Numbered from the stretch's first letter, positions 18,939 to 30,581 are shown. The stretch is 64,000 nucleotides of DNA from Candidatus Deferrimicrobiaceae bacterium (GCA_963792415.1 CAWBVY010000004.1:352001-416000), one strand, 5' to 3'. A program made the numbers and translations. The notes: a model not told the origin generated them from the letters alone.

Positions 18939-20222
18939 ATGGCAGAGATAAAGGAACGGGCGTACGCCGTACTGAAGGAATTCAAGGGGGATGCGTACGT
19001 TTTCGGAAGCGGCGCGCTGGACACCGCCCCGGGGAAGTTCGCCGCGGAGTTCGGCAGGAAGGCCCTGTTCGTCGGGCCGATCGACGCGGCGTGGTTCCGG
19101 CCGGTCCGGGAGCGGGTGCTGCGGTCGCTGGAGGTGGCCGGGGTGGAGGTGCTCGAATCCGTGCAGTCCGCCGGACCGAACGCCCCCTTCGAGGACGTCT
19201 ATCGCATTCTCGGCCGGATCAGGGAAAGGAAACCGGACGTCCTGGTCGTGGCGGACGGCGGCTCCGGGATCGATGCCGTAAAAGCGGCAGCGGTGCTGGC
19301 GACGTTCGGGGAGACCCATTCCGAAATCGATCCGTTCTTCGGGGTGGGGCAGGTGACCGAGGTGTGCAAAAAAACCGGCCGTTCCGTGATGCCGGTGGTG
19401 GCCGTCATGATGGCCGCCAGTTCCGGGGCGCACCTGACCAAGTACGCCAACATCACCGACCTGGCCAAGGGACAGAAGAAACTCATCGTGGACGAGGCGA
19501 TCGTCCCGCCGCGCGCCGTGTTCGACTACGACGTGACCACCACCCAGCCGATGAGCCTGACCCTGGACGGGGGACTGGACGGGATCGCGCACTGCCTGGA
19601 GGTCTACTTCGGAGCCGCGTCCGCCGTCCGGGACCGGGCAAGGGAGGTCGCGGAGCTCGGCATCGAACTCGTCATCAAGGGCCTCACCGAGGTGAAGAAG
19701 GACGCCGCCGGGAAGGAGGCCCGGACCCTGCTGGGGCTGGGCACGGACCTGGGCGGCTACGCCATCATGATCGGCGGCACGTCGGGGGCCCATCTTTCCA
19801 GCTTCTCGCTGGTCGATGTGCTGAGCCACGGACGGGCGTGCGCCCTGATGAACCCGTACTACACCGTGTTTTTCGCTCCGGCCATCCAGGAGCAGCTGAA
19901 GGTGATCGGACGCATCTACGCGAAGTACGGGTACGCGGAGAAGAACGTGGATTCCCTCTCCGGCAGGGAGCTGGGGGTGGCCGTGGCCGAGGCGATGGTC
20001 CGTTTCAGCCGGTTCCTGGAATTCCCCACGCGCTTAAGCGACGTGAAGGGGGTCGGCCGGGAGCATATAGAGCGGTGCCTCACGGCCGCCAAGAACCCGC
20101 AGCTGGACATGAAGCTCCGGAACATGCCGGTGCCGCTGAACGCGGGCACGGTGGATCAGTACATGGGGCCGATCCTCGAGGCCGCCTGGACGGGGGACTT
20201 CGGGAACATAAGGAACATGTAG
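18939..20222 (+). CDS. Iron-containing alcohol dehydrogenase family protein
   Basis: GGSGIDAVK, DGIAHCLE, GAHLSSF and SHGRAC metal-ligand pattern. Confidence 0.85.
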   Translation: MAEIKERAYAVLKEFKGDAYVFGSGALDTAPGKFAAEFGRKALFVGPIDAAWFRPVRERVLRSLEVAGVEVLESVQSAGPNAPFEDVYRILGRIRERKPDVLVVADGGSGIDAVKAAAVLATFGETHSEIDPFFGVGQVTEVCKKTGRSVMPVVAVMMAASSGAHLTKYANITDLAKGQKKLIVDEAIVPPRAVFDYDVTTTQPMSLTLDGGLDGIAHCLEVYFGAASAVRDRAREVAELGIELVIKGLTEVKKDAAGKEARTLLGLGTDLGGYAIMIGGTSGAHLSSFSLVDVLSHGRACALMNPYYTVFFAPAIQEQLKVIGRIYAKYGYAEKNVDSLSGRELGVAVAEAMVRFSRFLEFPTRLSDVKGVGREHIERCLTAAKNPQLDMKLRNMPVPLNAGTVDQYMGPILEAAWTGDFGNIRNM

Positions 20223-20239
20223 GGACAGGGGATCCGTCC

Positions 20240-21523
20240 ATGAACGTCGACCTCTTGTACGGACGAAAGACCCTGACGGTCCGGCTGCCGGACGATCTCC
20301 GGGTCACGGTGATCGGCAAGCATCCGATGGATCCCGTCCGGGAACCGGTCCGGGCCGTGAAGGAGGCGCTGGAGAACCCGGTGGGGTCCCCGCCGCTTTC
20401 GGAGATGGCGCGCGGCCGGAAGAGCGCCTGCATCCTCATCTGCGACATCACGCGGCCCGTGCCCAACGGCACGCTGCTCCCGCCCCTCATCGAGACGATC
20501 ACCGGGGCCGGCATCCCCAGGGAGAACATCCTGATCCTCGTGGCCACCGGGTTGCACCGCCCCAACGAGGGGGAGGAGCTCCGGGAGATCATCGGCTCGG
20601 AGGAGGTGTTCCGGACCGTCCGCGCCGAGAACCACTTCGCCCGGGACCGGGGTGCCCACGCGGACCTCGGGAAAACGCGCCGGGGGATCCCGATCCTGAT
20701 CGACCGGCGCTTCCTCGAGGCCGACCTGAAAATCGTCACCGGCCTGGTGGAGCCCCACTTCATGGCCGGGTACTCCGGAGGCCGCAAGGTGGTCGCCCCG
20801 GGGGTCGCCCACCAGGACACCATCCTGGCGTTCCACGTTCCGAATCTCCTCGAGCATCCCAACTCCGCCAATTGCGTCATCGAGGGAAATCCCCTGCACG
20901 AGGAGCAGATCGAAATCGTCCGGGCCATCGGCGGGATCGTGGCGCTGAACGTCGCCATCGACGAGAAGCGGCGGATCGGATTCGTCAATTTCGGCGAGAT
21001 CGAGGCCAGCCACCGCGAAGCGGTGGAGTACATGCGGAAGTGCGCGGAGGTTGCCGTCCCCCGCCGTTTCCGCACCGTCGTCACGTCCAGCGCGGGGTAT
21101 CCCCTGGACAGGACGTACTACCAGACCGTCAAGGGGATGGTGAGCGCCCTCGACATCCTCGAACCCGGGGGGACCATCATCATCGCAAGCGAGTGCTCGG
21201 AGGGGATGGGGAGCGACGAATTCGTCGCCGCCCAGCGGTTGCTGCTCGAGACGGGGCCGGACCGGTTCCTGTCCGTGCTGGGAAGCCGCGACCGGGCACT
21301 GGTCGACGAATGGCAGACCGAGATGCTGCTCAAGGCCCTGCGGGTCGGGACCGTCAAGCTCTATACCACGGGGCTGGGGAAGGAAGGCCTGAAGGACGTG
21401 GGCGTGGAAACGGTTTCCTCGGTGGAGGAGGCGGTCGCCGAAAGCGTCAAGGCCCACGGCGACCCGGACATCGCCGTGGTGCCGGAAGGCCCGTACGTGA
21501 TCCCGCTCTATTCCGGTTCCTAG
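20240..21523 (+). CDS. larA: Nickel-pincer-dependent lactate racemase family protein (LarA homolog)
   Basis: ICDITRP, ATGLHRP, EPHFMAGYSGGRK and YYQTVKG. Start MNVDLLYG at 20240. Confidence 0.9.
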   Translation: MNVDLLYGRKTLTVRLPDDLRVTVIGKHPMDPVREPVRAVKEALENPVGSPPLSEMARGRKSACILICDITRPVPNGTLLPPLIETITGAGIPRENILILVATGLHRPNEGEELREIIGSEEVFRTVRAENHFARDRGAHADLGKTRRGIPILIDRRFLEADLKIVTGLVEPHFMAGYSGGRKVVAPGVAHQDTILAFHVPNLLEHPNSANCVIEGNPLHEEQIEIVRAIGGIVALNVAIDEKRRIGFVNFGEIEASHREAVEYMRKCAEVAVPRRFRTVVTSSAGYPLDRTYYQTVKGMVSALDILEPGGTIIIASECSEGMGSDEFVAAQRLLLETGPDRFLSVLGSRDRALVDEWQTEMLLKALRVGTVKLYTTGLGKEGLKDVGVETVSSVEEAVAESVKAHGDPDIAVVPEGPYVIPLYSGS

Positions 21524-21542
21524 TGCAGCGGAGGAGGGAAGA

Positions 21543-22503
21543 ATGAAGCCCGTGATCCTGGTTACCCGCAAGCTGCCGGATGCCGTCGAGGAGCGTCTCC
21601 GACGGGACTACGACCCCCGCCTGAATCCCGGAGACGTCCTCTATTCCGCGGACGAGCTGATCGAACGGGCCAAGGACGTCGACGCCATCCTTCCCTGCCA
21701 CACGGAGAAATTCACCGCGGAAGTGATCGCCCGGTTGCCCGGGCGCGTGCGCGCCATCGCGAATTTCTCCGTCGGCTACGACCACGTGGACGTGAAGGCC
21801 GCAAAGGCCCGGGGGATCATCGTCACGAACACCCCCGAGGTGCTGTCCGACGCCACGGCGGAGCTGACCATGATGCTCCTGCTGGGCGCGGCGCGGCGGG
21901 CGAGCGAGGGGGAACGGCTGGTCCGGACCGCTGCGTGGAAGGACTGGAGCCCCGCCTTCATGGTGGGCACCCAGGTGACGGGGAAGCGGCTCGGGATTCT
22001 CGGGTTCGGACGGATCGGGCAGGTCGTGGCGAAGCGGGCCCGCGGGTTCGACATGGAAATCCACTATCACGACGTGCGCAGGGCGACGCCGGACGCTGGA
22101 GGCGGGCGCGATCTTCCACCCGACGCCCGAGGCGCTGATGCCGCACTGCGATTTCCTGACGCTCCACTGCGTGTCCACGCCGGAAACCTTCCGGTTGCTC
22201 AACGCCGCGCGGATCGCGCTGCTGCCGGACGGGGCGATCGTCGTCAACGCGAGCCGCGGCGCGGTGGTCGACGACGAGGCGCTGATCGGGGCGTTAAAAT
22301 CCGGGAAGCTGACGGCGGCCGGCCTGGACGTCTACACGAACGAGCCGGACATCCATCCGGGGTACCGGGATCTGCCCAACGTGTTCCTGATGCCGCACAT
22401 CGCCAGCGCCACGAAGGAGACGCGGGACGCCATGGGGTTCCGGGCGCTCGACAACCTGGATGCCGTCTTCGCCGGGCGGGAACCCCGCGACCGCGTGGCC
22501 TGA
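21543..22503 (+). pseudogene. D-glycerate dehydrogenase / glyoxylate-hydroxypyruvate reductase with a +1 frameshift at ~22095 (probably a sequencing error)
   Basis: N-half has VGYDHVD, NTPEVL and GFGRIG. The C-half, in the next frame, has NASRG, GLDVYTNEP and MPHIASAT. Confidence 0.88.
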
Positions 22504-22533
22504 GGGCGCCGCCTTCGGGTCGTCGGACAGGGC

Positions 22534-22732
22534 TTACTTGCGGGGAGGATTCATCTTCCTCCAGTATCGATGTGACAAAGTCGTATATCAGGAGGGCGAG
22601 GGTTCCGACGGTGATGATCCAGACCGGGAGGGATTTCGCGAACCCGAGGGCGAAATACAGCCGGATGGGGTAATAGAGAAAGAACGCAACCGCCATTGCC
22701 ACCGCGATCGCTCCCGTGATGATGTTGCTCAT
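22534..22732 (-). CDS. Small two-TM membrane protein ending the TRAP-amidase operon (3' end uncertain)
   Basis: RBS AAGGAGG, then MSNIITGAIAVAMAVAFFLYY...LLIYDF. The ORF as read runs into the convergent gene; an off-frame TAA at 22534-22536 is the likely stop. Confidence 0.6.
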
Positions 22733-22766
22733 TGTGCCACTGCCTCCTTTCCTGCGTTCGATTCCA

Positions 22767-24100
22767 TCATGTGCGGTTCACGAGCCAGCGGGCCGTCCGC
22801 AGCAGCCGGGCGTCGTCCCCCTTGGCCCCCACCAGCTGCACGCCGATCGGCATGCCGTGGGCGCCCTGCATCATGGGAAGGGTGATCGCGGGCATCCCGC
22901 ACAGCGTCCATAGGGTGCAGAAGATCGGGCTTCCCGTCGATTCCAGTCCGACGGGGGCCTCGCCGGTGGTGGCGGGGGTGAGGATGGCGTCGTGCCACTC
23001 GAAGATCTTGTCGAGCGCGTGGTTCAAGGCCGGGATCTGGCTCAACGCGCGGTTGTACTCCACGGCCAGCACCTTCCGCCCCCGCTCGATCATCTCCCGC
23101 AGGATGGGACTCAGCCGGTCCTTGCCGTCCGCATATTCCCGCTCGAAGCTCCGGGCGAGGTCCGCCTCCATGATCGTGCGGTGCAGGTCGACCGCCTCGT
23201 CGAACAGCTCCGGAAGCACGACCTCGCCGGCGCTCTCCCCCAGGTGCGCGACCAGTTCCGCGAACGCCTCCTTCGTGTCTTCGTCGGCCGTGTCCCCACG
23301 CCGGCGTCTTGACGAACGCCAGGCGCGGGTCGATCGGGGGATCTTCGACCGCCGTCTTGCGGAGGGCGGGGCGCGCCCGCGGACGCGTGTCGGGATCGCG
23401 GTCGTCGAAGGCCATCATCTGCTCCGCGATCAGCGCCGCGTCCTCGACGGTCCGCGCGAACACGCCGACCTGGTCCAGGGGCCGCGACTGCTGGAGCACC
23501 AGATGCCTGGAGATCAGGCCGTGGCTCGGCTTGTACCCGTAGACCCCGCAGTAGGAAGCCGGGCGGATGACGGATCCGTTGGACTGGGTGCCGATGGCGA
23601 GAGGCGCCATGAACGCCGCCACGGCCGCCGCGGAGCCGCTCGAGGAGCCGCCGGGGGTGCGCGAGGGGTCGTGCGGATTCCGGGTCTTTCCCGGCGAGAT
23701 AGACCGCAAGCTCGGTGGTGACGGTCTTTCCCAGCAGGATCGCGCCCGCCTCGCGGAGCAGGGCGACGGCGGTGGCGTCTTCCATCGGCCGATGTCCGGC
23801 GTGCAGGACCGTGCCGTCCTCGGTCGGCATGTCCTTCGTGTCGAAGATGTCCTTGACCCCCACCGGAACGCCGTGGAGCGGACCGAGCGCCTTCCCTTCC
23901 CGCCGCGCCAGGTCCGCCGCGCGCGCCTGGTCCAGGGCATGACCGGGGTCCAGGTGCGCCCAGGCGCCGATCCGCTCCTCGAGCGCCGCGATGCGGTCGA
24001 GGCAGGCGCCCACCAGCGCTTCGGAGGTGATCCGGCCGTCGCGGATCGCCCCGGCCGCCTCGACGGCGCTCAGGAGGGTCGGATCCGTCGTTGTGTTCAT
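22767..24100 (-). pseudogene. Amidase-signature family amidase with two +1 frameshifts (~23698, ~23289)
   Basis: GVPVGVKD, GKTVTTE, TPGGSSSGSAAAVAA, GTQSNGSVIRPASYCG and GMPIGVQLVG, spread over three frames. Confidence 0.87.
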
Positions 24101-24113
24101 CGGGGACACGGGG

Positions 24114-25473
24114 TCACCTGGCAACGCCGTAGACGATGTCGGGCAGCCACGTCACGATGACCGGGAAAACGTAGACGATGACCATGCAGAGCAGGACCAT
24201 CCCCAGGAACGGCAGCGACCCCTTGAAGATCGTCGTCAGCTGGATGTGCGGCGGCGCGATCCCCTTGAGGTAGTAGCACGACATCGCCATCGGCGGCGTC
24301 AGGAACGAGGTCTGCAGGTTCAGCGCGATGAGGATCCCGAAGAAGAGCGGGTCGATCCCGAAATGGTCCAGCAGCGGCAGGAAGATCGGCACGAAGATGA
24401 TGATGATCTCGCTCCATTCCAGCGGCCAGCCCAGGAGGAAGATGATGAACTGCGCCAGGATCAGGAACTGGATGGGCGATATGTTCAGGGTCTGCACGAA
24501 CTCCCGGATGAGCTCGTGGCCGCCGAGGTAGGAAAAGACCGAGGAGAAGGTCCAGGAGCCGACGAAGAGCCAGCACACCATGGCCGAGGTGCGCGTCGTC
24601 AGGTAGATCGATTCCTTCAGGCGCGTCCACGTGAGCTCGCGGTAGGCCGCGGCGAGGAGGATGCTGCCGAGCGCGCCGACCGCCGCCGCCTCCGACGGGG
24701 TCGCCAGCCCGCCGATGATGGAGCCGAGCACCGCCAGGATCAGGACGGCCAGCGGGACGACGGAGGTCAGCAGCCGGGTGTACAGCTCCTTTCTGGGGAT
24801 GTCCCAGTCTTCCTTCGGCGGCTTCGGGGCCAGCTTGGGGTTGATGACCACCCGGATGATCACGTAGGTGATGTAGAGGCCGGCCAGCATGAATCCGGGG
24901 AGGAACGCCGCGGAGTACAGGCGGACCACGGAGACCCCGGAGATCGCCCCGTACACGATCAGCAGGATGCTCGGCGGGATCATGATGCCGAGGCAGCCGC
25001 CGGCGCAGATGACGCCGGCGGACAGCGTCTCGTCGTAGCCGGCTTTCAGCAGGGCCGGGAAGGCCAGCAGTCCCATCAGCGTCACCACGGCGCCGACGAT
25101 GCCGACGGCGGTGGCGAAGATCGCGCAGGTGATCAGCGCCGCCACGGCCATGGCGCCGGGCACCTTGCGGGCGGCGATGTTCAGGGTGAAGAAGAGCCGC
25201 TCCACGACGTTCGAGCGCTCGATGATGTAGCCCATGAACAGGAAGAGCGGCACCGCGACCAGCACGTCGTTGATCATGACGGAATACGTCTGGTTCACCA
25301 GGAGGTCGAAGATCTGGTTCTGGAAGATGTGGCTCATCTGGTCGGGCGTGGCGTACGCGTAGTAGCCGAAGACCGACGCCCAGCGCGACCAGCGTGAAGC
25401 AGATGGGAAAGCCCAGGAAGATCGAGACGACGAAGGACCCCATCATTACCATGGCGACCTGGGGATGGGTCAT
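24114..25473 (-). pseudogene. dctM: TRAP transporter large permease with a +1 frameshift at ~25374
   Basis: LVAVPLFLFMG, GCLGIMIPPSI, GLATPSEAAA and NLQTSFLTPP. The N-terminus MTHPQVAM is in the adjacent frame. Confidence 0.88.
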
Positions 25474-26147
25474 TTCGTGCCCTCGTTTCCTTCGCCGCCC
25501 TGCGGGGCGGCTTTCTGCGCTTCCAGTTCCTCTTTCCGTTTCTCGCGCTTCCATCTGCTTCCTGGTGTTCACGGATGAGCTGCGTTTCCAGTTCCTCCAC
25601 GTCCTTCAGGCGCTGCGGCCACGCCCCGGTCCGCAGGCACTGGACGCAGCGGATGGTTTCCGCGATCCCCTGGAGCACCAGCAGGAACGCGGCTATGGGA
25701 AGGATCGTTTTCAGGGGAGAGACCGGCACCCCCACGGGACTGTTGATGCTGACCTCCCCCACCAGTCCTCCGATGCCGTACGGCCTGTAGGCCCAGGATT
25801 CGGCCGCGTACACGTACCCGGCGTAGACCAGCGCCAGCATCCCGGGGAAGAAGAAGAGGAAGTAGAGCACCAGATCGATTCCCGCCTGCACGCGCGGGGG
25901 GAAGAGCCGATAGAGGAAGTCCCCGCGCACGTGGGCTTTTTGGGAGAGGGCGTAGGCCCCCGCCATCATGAACATGGCCCCGTACATGATGTAGGCCAGG
26001 TCGAAGGCCCACGCGGTGGGATTCCGCACGACGTAACGGACGAACACCTCGTAGCTGGTGGCGAAGGTCAGGATCAGCATGGACCAGGCGAAGGCCTTTG
26101 CCCACCCATTGGGACAGGTGATCGATGAACAACAGCACGCGCTCCAT
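25470..26147 (-). pseudogene. dctQ: TRAP transporter small permease with a frameshift at ~26098 and probably more near the C-terminus
   Basis: YEVFVRY, PTAWAFD and HVRGDFLY. A likely true tail ELEAQKAAPQGGEGNEGTK* ends in an ATGA overlap with dctM. Confidence 0.82.
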
Positions 26148-26184
26148 GGGTTCACCCTTCGATGAGATTTCGGTTGCTCACAGA

Positions 26185-26227
26185 AAAGGGTGGCGCGGCG
26201 CCCTCTTCGGCGTCGCGCCAACCCTTT
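26185..26227 (-). terminator. Hairpin between dctP and dctQ (partial terminator or mRNA stabiliser)
   Basis: Stem aaagggtggcgcggcgcc...ggcgtcgcgccaaccctt, ending in a short U tract on the minus strand. Confidence 0.6.
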
Positions 26228-26261
26228 GTCCGGCCATTCCACTCCGTTACAAACGGAGGTG

Positions 26262-27424
26262 TTAGAACCCCGCCTTCTTCAGCTCGCCGGGGAAGTAATG
26301 GTCGAAGGCCATCTTGTAGTCGCACGAGTTGAGGAGATCGTAGTACGCGAGGCGGTGCGCGAAGGCCTTCTGCGACGCCACGACCTTCTTGAAGAACGGG
26401 TCCTTCTCGAGGTCCGGCAGGATCTTGTCCCAGGCGGCGAGCTGCGCCTTCATGACGGAGTTCGGCGTCCGGTAGACATCGACCTTCGCCTTTTCCCGCA
26501 GCCACAGGAGATCCGCGGAGTACCGGTCCTGCCCCTTCCAGTAGCCGTTCGAGGACGCCGCCTCGGCCGCGTATTTCAGGATCGCCTTGTGTTCCGCCGG
26601 CAGGGCGTCGAACTTCGTCTTGTTGAAGATGATCTCGAAGTACTCCGCCGCCTGGTGGTAGCTGCCCAGCATGTACACCTTGCTCACGTCCTGGGCGCCG
26701 AAGGATCTGTCGGAGGTCGGGTTGTTGAACTCGAACGCCTCGATCACGCCGCGCTCCAGGGCCGGGACGATCTCGCCGCCGGGGAGCTGGGTGACCTTCA
26801 CTGCCCATCGCCTGGAACAGGTCGGCCGCCAGGCCCACGGTGCGGTACTTGAGGCCCACCAGATCCTTGGCGTCCGTGATCCGCTTCTTGAACCACCCGA
26901 GAGGCTGGGTCGGCATCGGGAAGGCGAAGAACCCCGACGATGTTGAGCCCCAGGGCCTTGAGAAGTTCGTCGTAGAGCTGCCTGGCCGCCGCCGTAATAG
27001 ATCCAGGCGAGGCCCTGGTGGGCGTTCTGGCCGAAGACGGGCCCCGTGCCGAACAGCGACGCCACCTTGCTCTTCCCGTACCAGTAGACGGACACCGGTG
27101 CCCGGCGTCGAGCACGCCCTTGTTGACGGCGTCCATCACCTGGAACGGCTTGACCACGGCGCCGGCGACCAGGTAGTCGATCTTCAGCCGTCCGCCGGCC
27201 ATTTCATTGACGCGCTTGACGTAGTCCTCGGCGTATTCGTTGAAGATGTCCTTCGCACCCCAGGCGCCCTGCATCTTCAGGGTGACCGTCTGGGCCCTGG
27301 ACACCATCGGGAAGCCCAGTGCGGCTACCCCGGCGGCGCCCGCTGCTGCCGTCTTGAGGAACGTGCGACGGCCGGTCTTCACTTCCTCTTTCTTGGCAAC
27401 TACTTTGGTCTTTTCTTCCTTCAT
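26262..27424 (-). pseudogene. dctP: TRAP substrate-binding protein (TakP-like, Tat signal) with four frameshifts (~27096, ~26981, ~26933, ~26802)
   Basis: GRRTFLK Tat signal, YWYGK, MPTQPLGWF, GLKYRTVG, LPGGEIVPALERGVIEAFEFNNP and SYHQ, recovered across frames. Confidence 0.87.
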
Positions 27425-27615
27425 CCCTTTACCCCCTATTGAAGAGTTCATTGGGGTGGTGCACCCAATGCTTGCCGCAGCCAACGGAGTACAACCCTCT
27501 AAACGGTAACCGCTGTCGACCGGCGTACGATCCTGCTCTTGAGAGAGACGGAATAAGTCATCTCGACAGGAAAAACGCCGTTCCGCCTTCGTACTATTTT
27601 GTCAGCTCTTATGAA

Positions 27616-27644
27616 TGAATATGGTGTCTGAAACATTGTGTCAA
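27616..27644 (-). promoter_or_regulatory. Putative sigma70 promoter for the TRAP operon
   Basis: Minus strand TTGACA-17nt-TATTCA, about 190 nt upstream of the dctP start. Confidence 0.45.
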
Positions 27645-27759
27645 GGATTTTTTCCGGGGCACCGGGTATCATATGAAACGAGGGTTGATTTCGGATGGGC
27701 ATAGCGAATACATTAGTCTGCGTATTTTCCCCGATTTCCGGACAAGGAGGTTCTTATTA

Positions 27760-29271
27760 TTGGAAGCCACCGTCACGAAAACCATCGGTCATTTCGTCAA
27801 TGGCAGGATCCTGCCGGGCTCCGGAGAGCGGTACGGAAACGTTTACGACCCTGCAAAGGGAGAGGTCACCGCCCGCGTATCGTTCGCCGGAAAGAAGGAG
27901 GTGGAGGAGGCCGTCGCCTCGGCCGCCGCCGCGTTTCCGGCCTGGGCCGCCACTCCGCCGCTGCGGCGCGCAAGGGTCCTGTTCCGGTTCAAGGAGCTGC
28001 TGGAACGGAACGCCGATGAACTTTCGGCCCTGATCACGTCGGAGCACGGCAAGGTGCTGAGCGACGCGCGTGGCTCCCTGACCCGGGGGATCGAGGTGGT
28101 GGAGTTCGCCTGCGGGATCCCCCACCTGTTGAAGGGGAGCTTTTCGGAAAACGTCGGGACCGGCGTCGACAGCTACTCCTTCCGGCAGCCGCTCGGCGTG
28201 TGCGCGGGGGTCTCCCCGTTCAACTTCCCCGCGATGGTGCCGATGTGGATGTTTCCCGTCGCCATCGCCTGCGGCAACACCTTCATCCTGAAGCCCTCCG
28301 AGAAGGACCCCTCCTGCCCGTTGCGGCTCGCCGAGCTCTTTTCCGAGGCGGGTCTGCCGCCGGGAGTCTTCAACGTGGTGAACGGGGACAAGGAGGCGGT
28401 CGAGCTGCTGGCCTCGCACCCGAAGGTCTCCGCGGTGAGTTTCGTCGGGTCCAGCGTCGTCGGCGAGCAGGTGCACCGGACGGCCACGGCCCATGGCAAG
28501 CGGGCGCAGGCCCTGTGCAGCGCGAAGAACCACGCCATCGTGATGGCCGATGCCGACCTCGACCAGGCGGTGGACGCCCTGATGGGGGCCGCGTACGGGT
28601 CCGCGGGGGAGCGGTGCATGGCCATCTCCGTCGTCGTCGCGGTCGGGGACAAGGTCGCCGACGAACTGGTGAAGCGGATCGTGGAACGGATCCGGACACT
28701 CAAGGTCCGACCCGGCCTGGCTCCGGAAGCGGAGATGGGCCCGCTCGTCACGGGCGAACACCTGGAGCGGGTGAAGGGATACGTCGACCTGGGGGTAAAG
28801 GAAGGGGCGAAGCTCGTGGCGGACGGGCGGGGGCTCAAGGTCGCGGGCCACGAAAACGGCTTCTTCCTCGGCGCCTGCCTGTTCGACCGGGTGACGCCCG
28901 GAATGAGGATCTACCGGGAGGAGATCTTCGGTCCCGTCCTTTCCCTGGTGCGGGTCCCGGACTTCGAGGCGGCCTTGAAGCTGGTGAACGACCACGAGTT
29001 CGCCAACGGGACCGCCGTCTTCACGCGCGACGGCGACACCGCGCGCGAATTCGCCGGCAGGGTCGAGGTGGGGATGGTCGGGATCAACGTGCCGATCCCC
29101 GTCCCGGTGGCGTTCTACAGCTTCGGGGGGTGGAAGCGGTCCATTTTCGGGGACTATTTCGTGCACGGCACCGAGGGGGTGAACTTCTACACCCGGATGA
29201 AGACGATCACGTCCCGATGGCCGACCGGGATTCGCGCCGGAGCGGATTTCGTCATGCCGACCATGAAGTAG
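27760..29271 (+). CDS. mmsA: CoA-acylating (methyl)malonate-semialdehyde dehydrogenase
   Basis: TTG after [50 protein letters not shown] and SFGGWK. Confidence 0.92.
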   Translation: MEATVTKTIGHFVNGRILPGSGERYGNVYDPAKGEVTARVSFAGKKEVEEAVASAAAAFPAWAATPPLRRARVLFRFKELLERNADELSALITSEHGKVLSDARGSLTRGIEVVEFACGIPHLLKGSFSENVGTGVDSYSFRQPLGVCAGVSPFNFPAMVPMWMFPVAIACGNTFILKPSEKDPSCPLRLAELFSEAGLPPGVFNVVNGDKEAVELLASHPKVSAVSFVGSSVVGEQVHRTATAHGKRAQALCSAKNHAIVMADADLDQAVDALMGAAYGSAGERCMAISVVVAVGDKVADELVKRIVERIRTLKVRPGLAPEAEMGPLVTGEHLERVKGYVDLGVKEGAKLVADGRGLKVAGHENGFFLGACLFDRVTPGMRIYREEIFGPVLSLVRVPDFEAALKLVNDHEFANGTAVFTRDGDTAREFAGRVEVGMVGINVPIPVPVAFYSFGGWKRSIFGDYFVHGTEGVNFYTRMKTITSRWPTGIRAGADFVMPTMK

Positions 29272-29289
29272 GGGCCCGCTCGCCCTGGA

Positions 29290-30581
29290 TCACGTTTTGT
29301 CGTATTCCCGGACGCGGCACCAGGTTTCCCGGGTGAAGGAAACGGCCGCCACCGACAGGCAGGAGCTGAGGAACAGCCACAGGAACGCCGCCGAATAGGC
29401 GTCCGCATCGTAGATCCGCACCCCGTTGACCAGCAGTCCGTTCCAATGCCGGTCGAGAATGCCCCCGAGCACCGGTTGCATGACCGCCGCGAAGCCCAGG
29501 GGGCCCATGTTGACCACCCCGGCCCCGGCCCCGGTCGCCCCGGGATGGTTGGCCTCCCGGGAATGGGCGAAGCCGATGATCATGGCCCCGGAGGTGAACC
29601 CGATGGCGGCGAACAGGGGATACAGGAGAGTCCGGGGGATCTCCCCCCAGAAGAGAAAGACCCCCCACAGCGTCGCGCTCGCGACGTTCGCCGCCAGGTA
29701 GGGAAGCTTGCGCCGCCCGATGCGGTCGGACACCCCTCCCAGGGTCGGACCCCCGACGGCCCAGGCGACGAGCATGGTCGAGGTCAGCGCGGCCGCGTGA
29801 CCGCGGTCGAGCCCGTACACCTGGGTCAGGTAGGGGACCCCCCACAATCCGGCGAACACCAGCACCGGGGCCGCCGAAAGGCCGCCGGCCGCCAGCAGCA
29901 GCCACGTTTCCCGCCGGGCGAATACGGTGCGCAGCGCGCGGAACGGCCGGAGGCTCCCTTTCTCGGCCACCGAGGCGTGGACGAAGCTCGTGAACCCGCG
30001 CTCTCCCGGGTCGTCCCGAACCACCGCCCAGATCGCCGCCGCCAGGGCGAACGTGCACGCGGCGCTCGCCACCATCGAGGTCTCGCCAGCCGAAGTGACC
30101 CACCGCCTCCGCGAGCGGCACGCCGGCGAGCACGCCGCCGAGATTGCCGAGCAGAAGGGCGACGCCCGTCACCGTGGCGAACCGGTTGGCCGGGAACCAG
30201 TGGCCGGCGAGCTTCATGCAGGTGACGAACGCGACGCCGACCGCCGCTCCGACCAGCAGGCGGCCGGCAAAGGCGACCCACAGCTGATCCGCGAGGCCGA
30301 ACATCAGCGTGCCGGCCGCGGCCAGGAGGGCCGTCCGATGCGCTGAGGCGCCTCGGGCCGATCGCGTCCGCCAGAAGGCCGCTGGGGATCTGCATCGCCG
30401 TGTAGGAAAAGAAGTAGGCGGCCGACAGGTTTCCGAGCAGCGCCCCGCCGAGCCGGTATTCCCGCATCAATTCGTCGACCATCACCGCGGGCGCGACGCG
30501 CTGGAAAAACCCGACCAGGTAGAAACTGCCCACCAACCCCCACATCAGCCAGGACATCCAGGCGGGCGCGTGACGGGACAT
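29290..30581 (-). pseudogene. MFS transporter with two +1 frameshifts (~30335, ~30082)
   Basis: FFQRVAPAVM, MQIPSGLLADAIGPRR, LWGVPYL and SDRIGRRK, spread over three frames. Confidence 0.83.

Noticed and set aside
19091-20239. Apparent 383-aa N-terminal extension on LarA
   Set aside because: It is an out-of-frame overlap with the Fe-ADH gene. LarA homology begins at ATG 20240.
12790-30340. Programmed frameshifting or phase variation as the cause of the split genes
   Set aside because: The sites share no slippery motif or long repeat tract, and one gene has four breaks. The pattern fits sequencing error.
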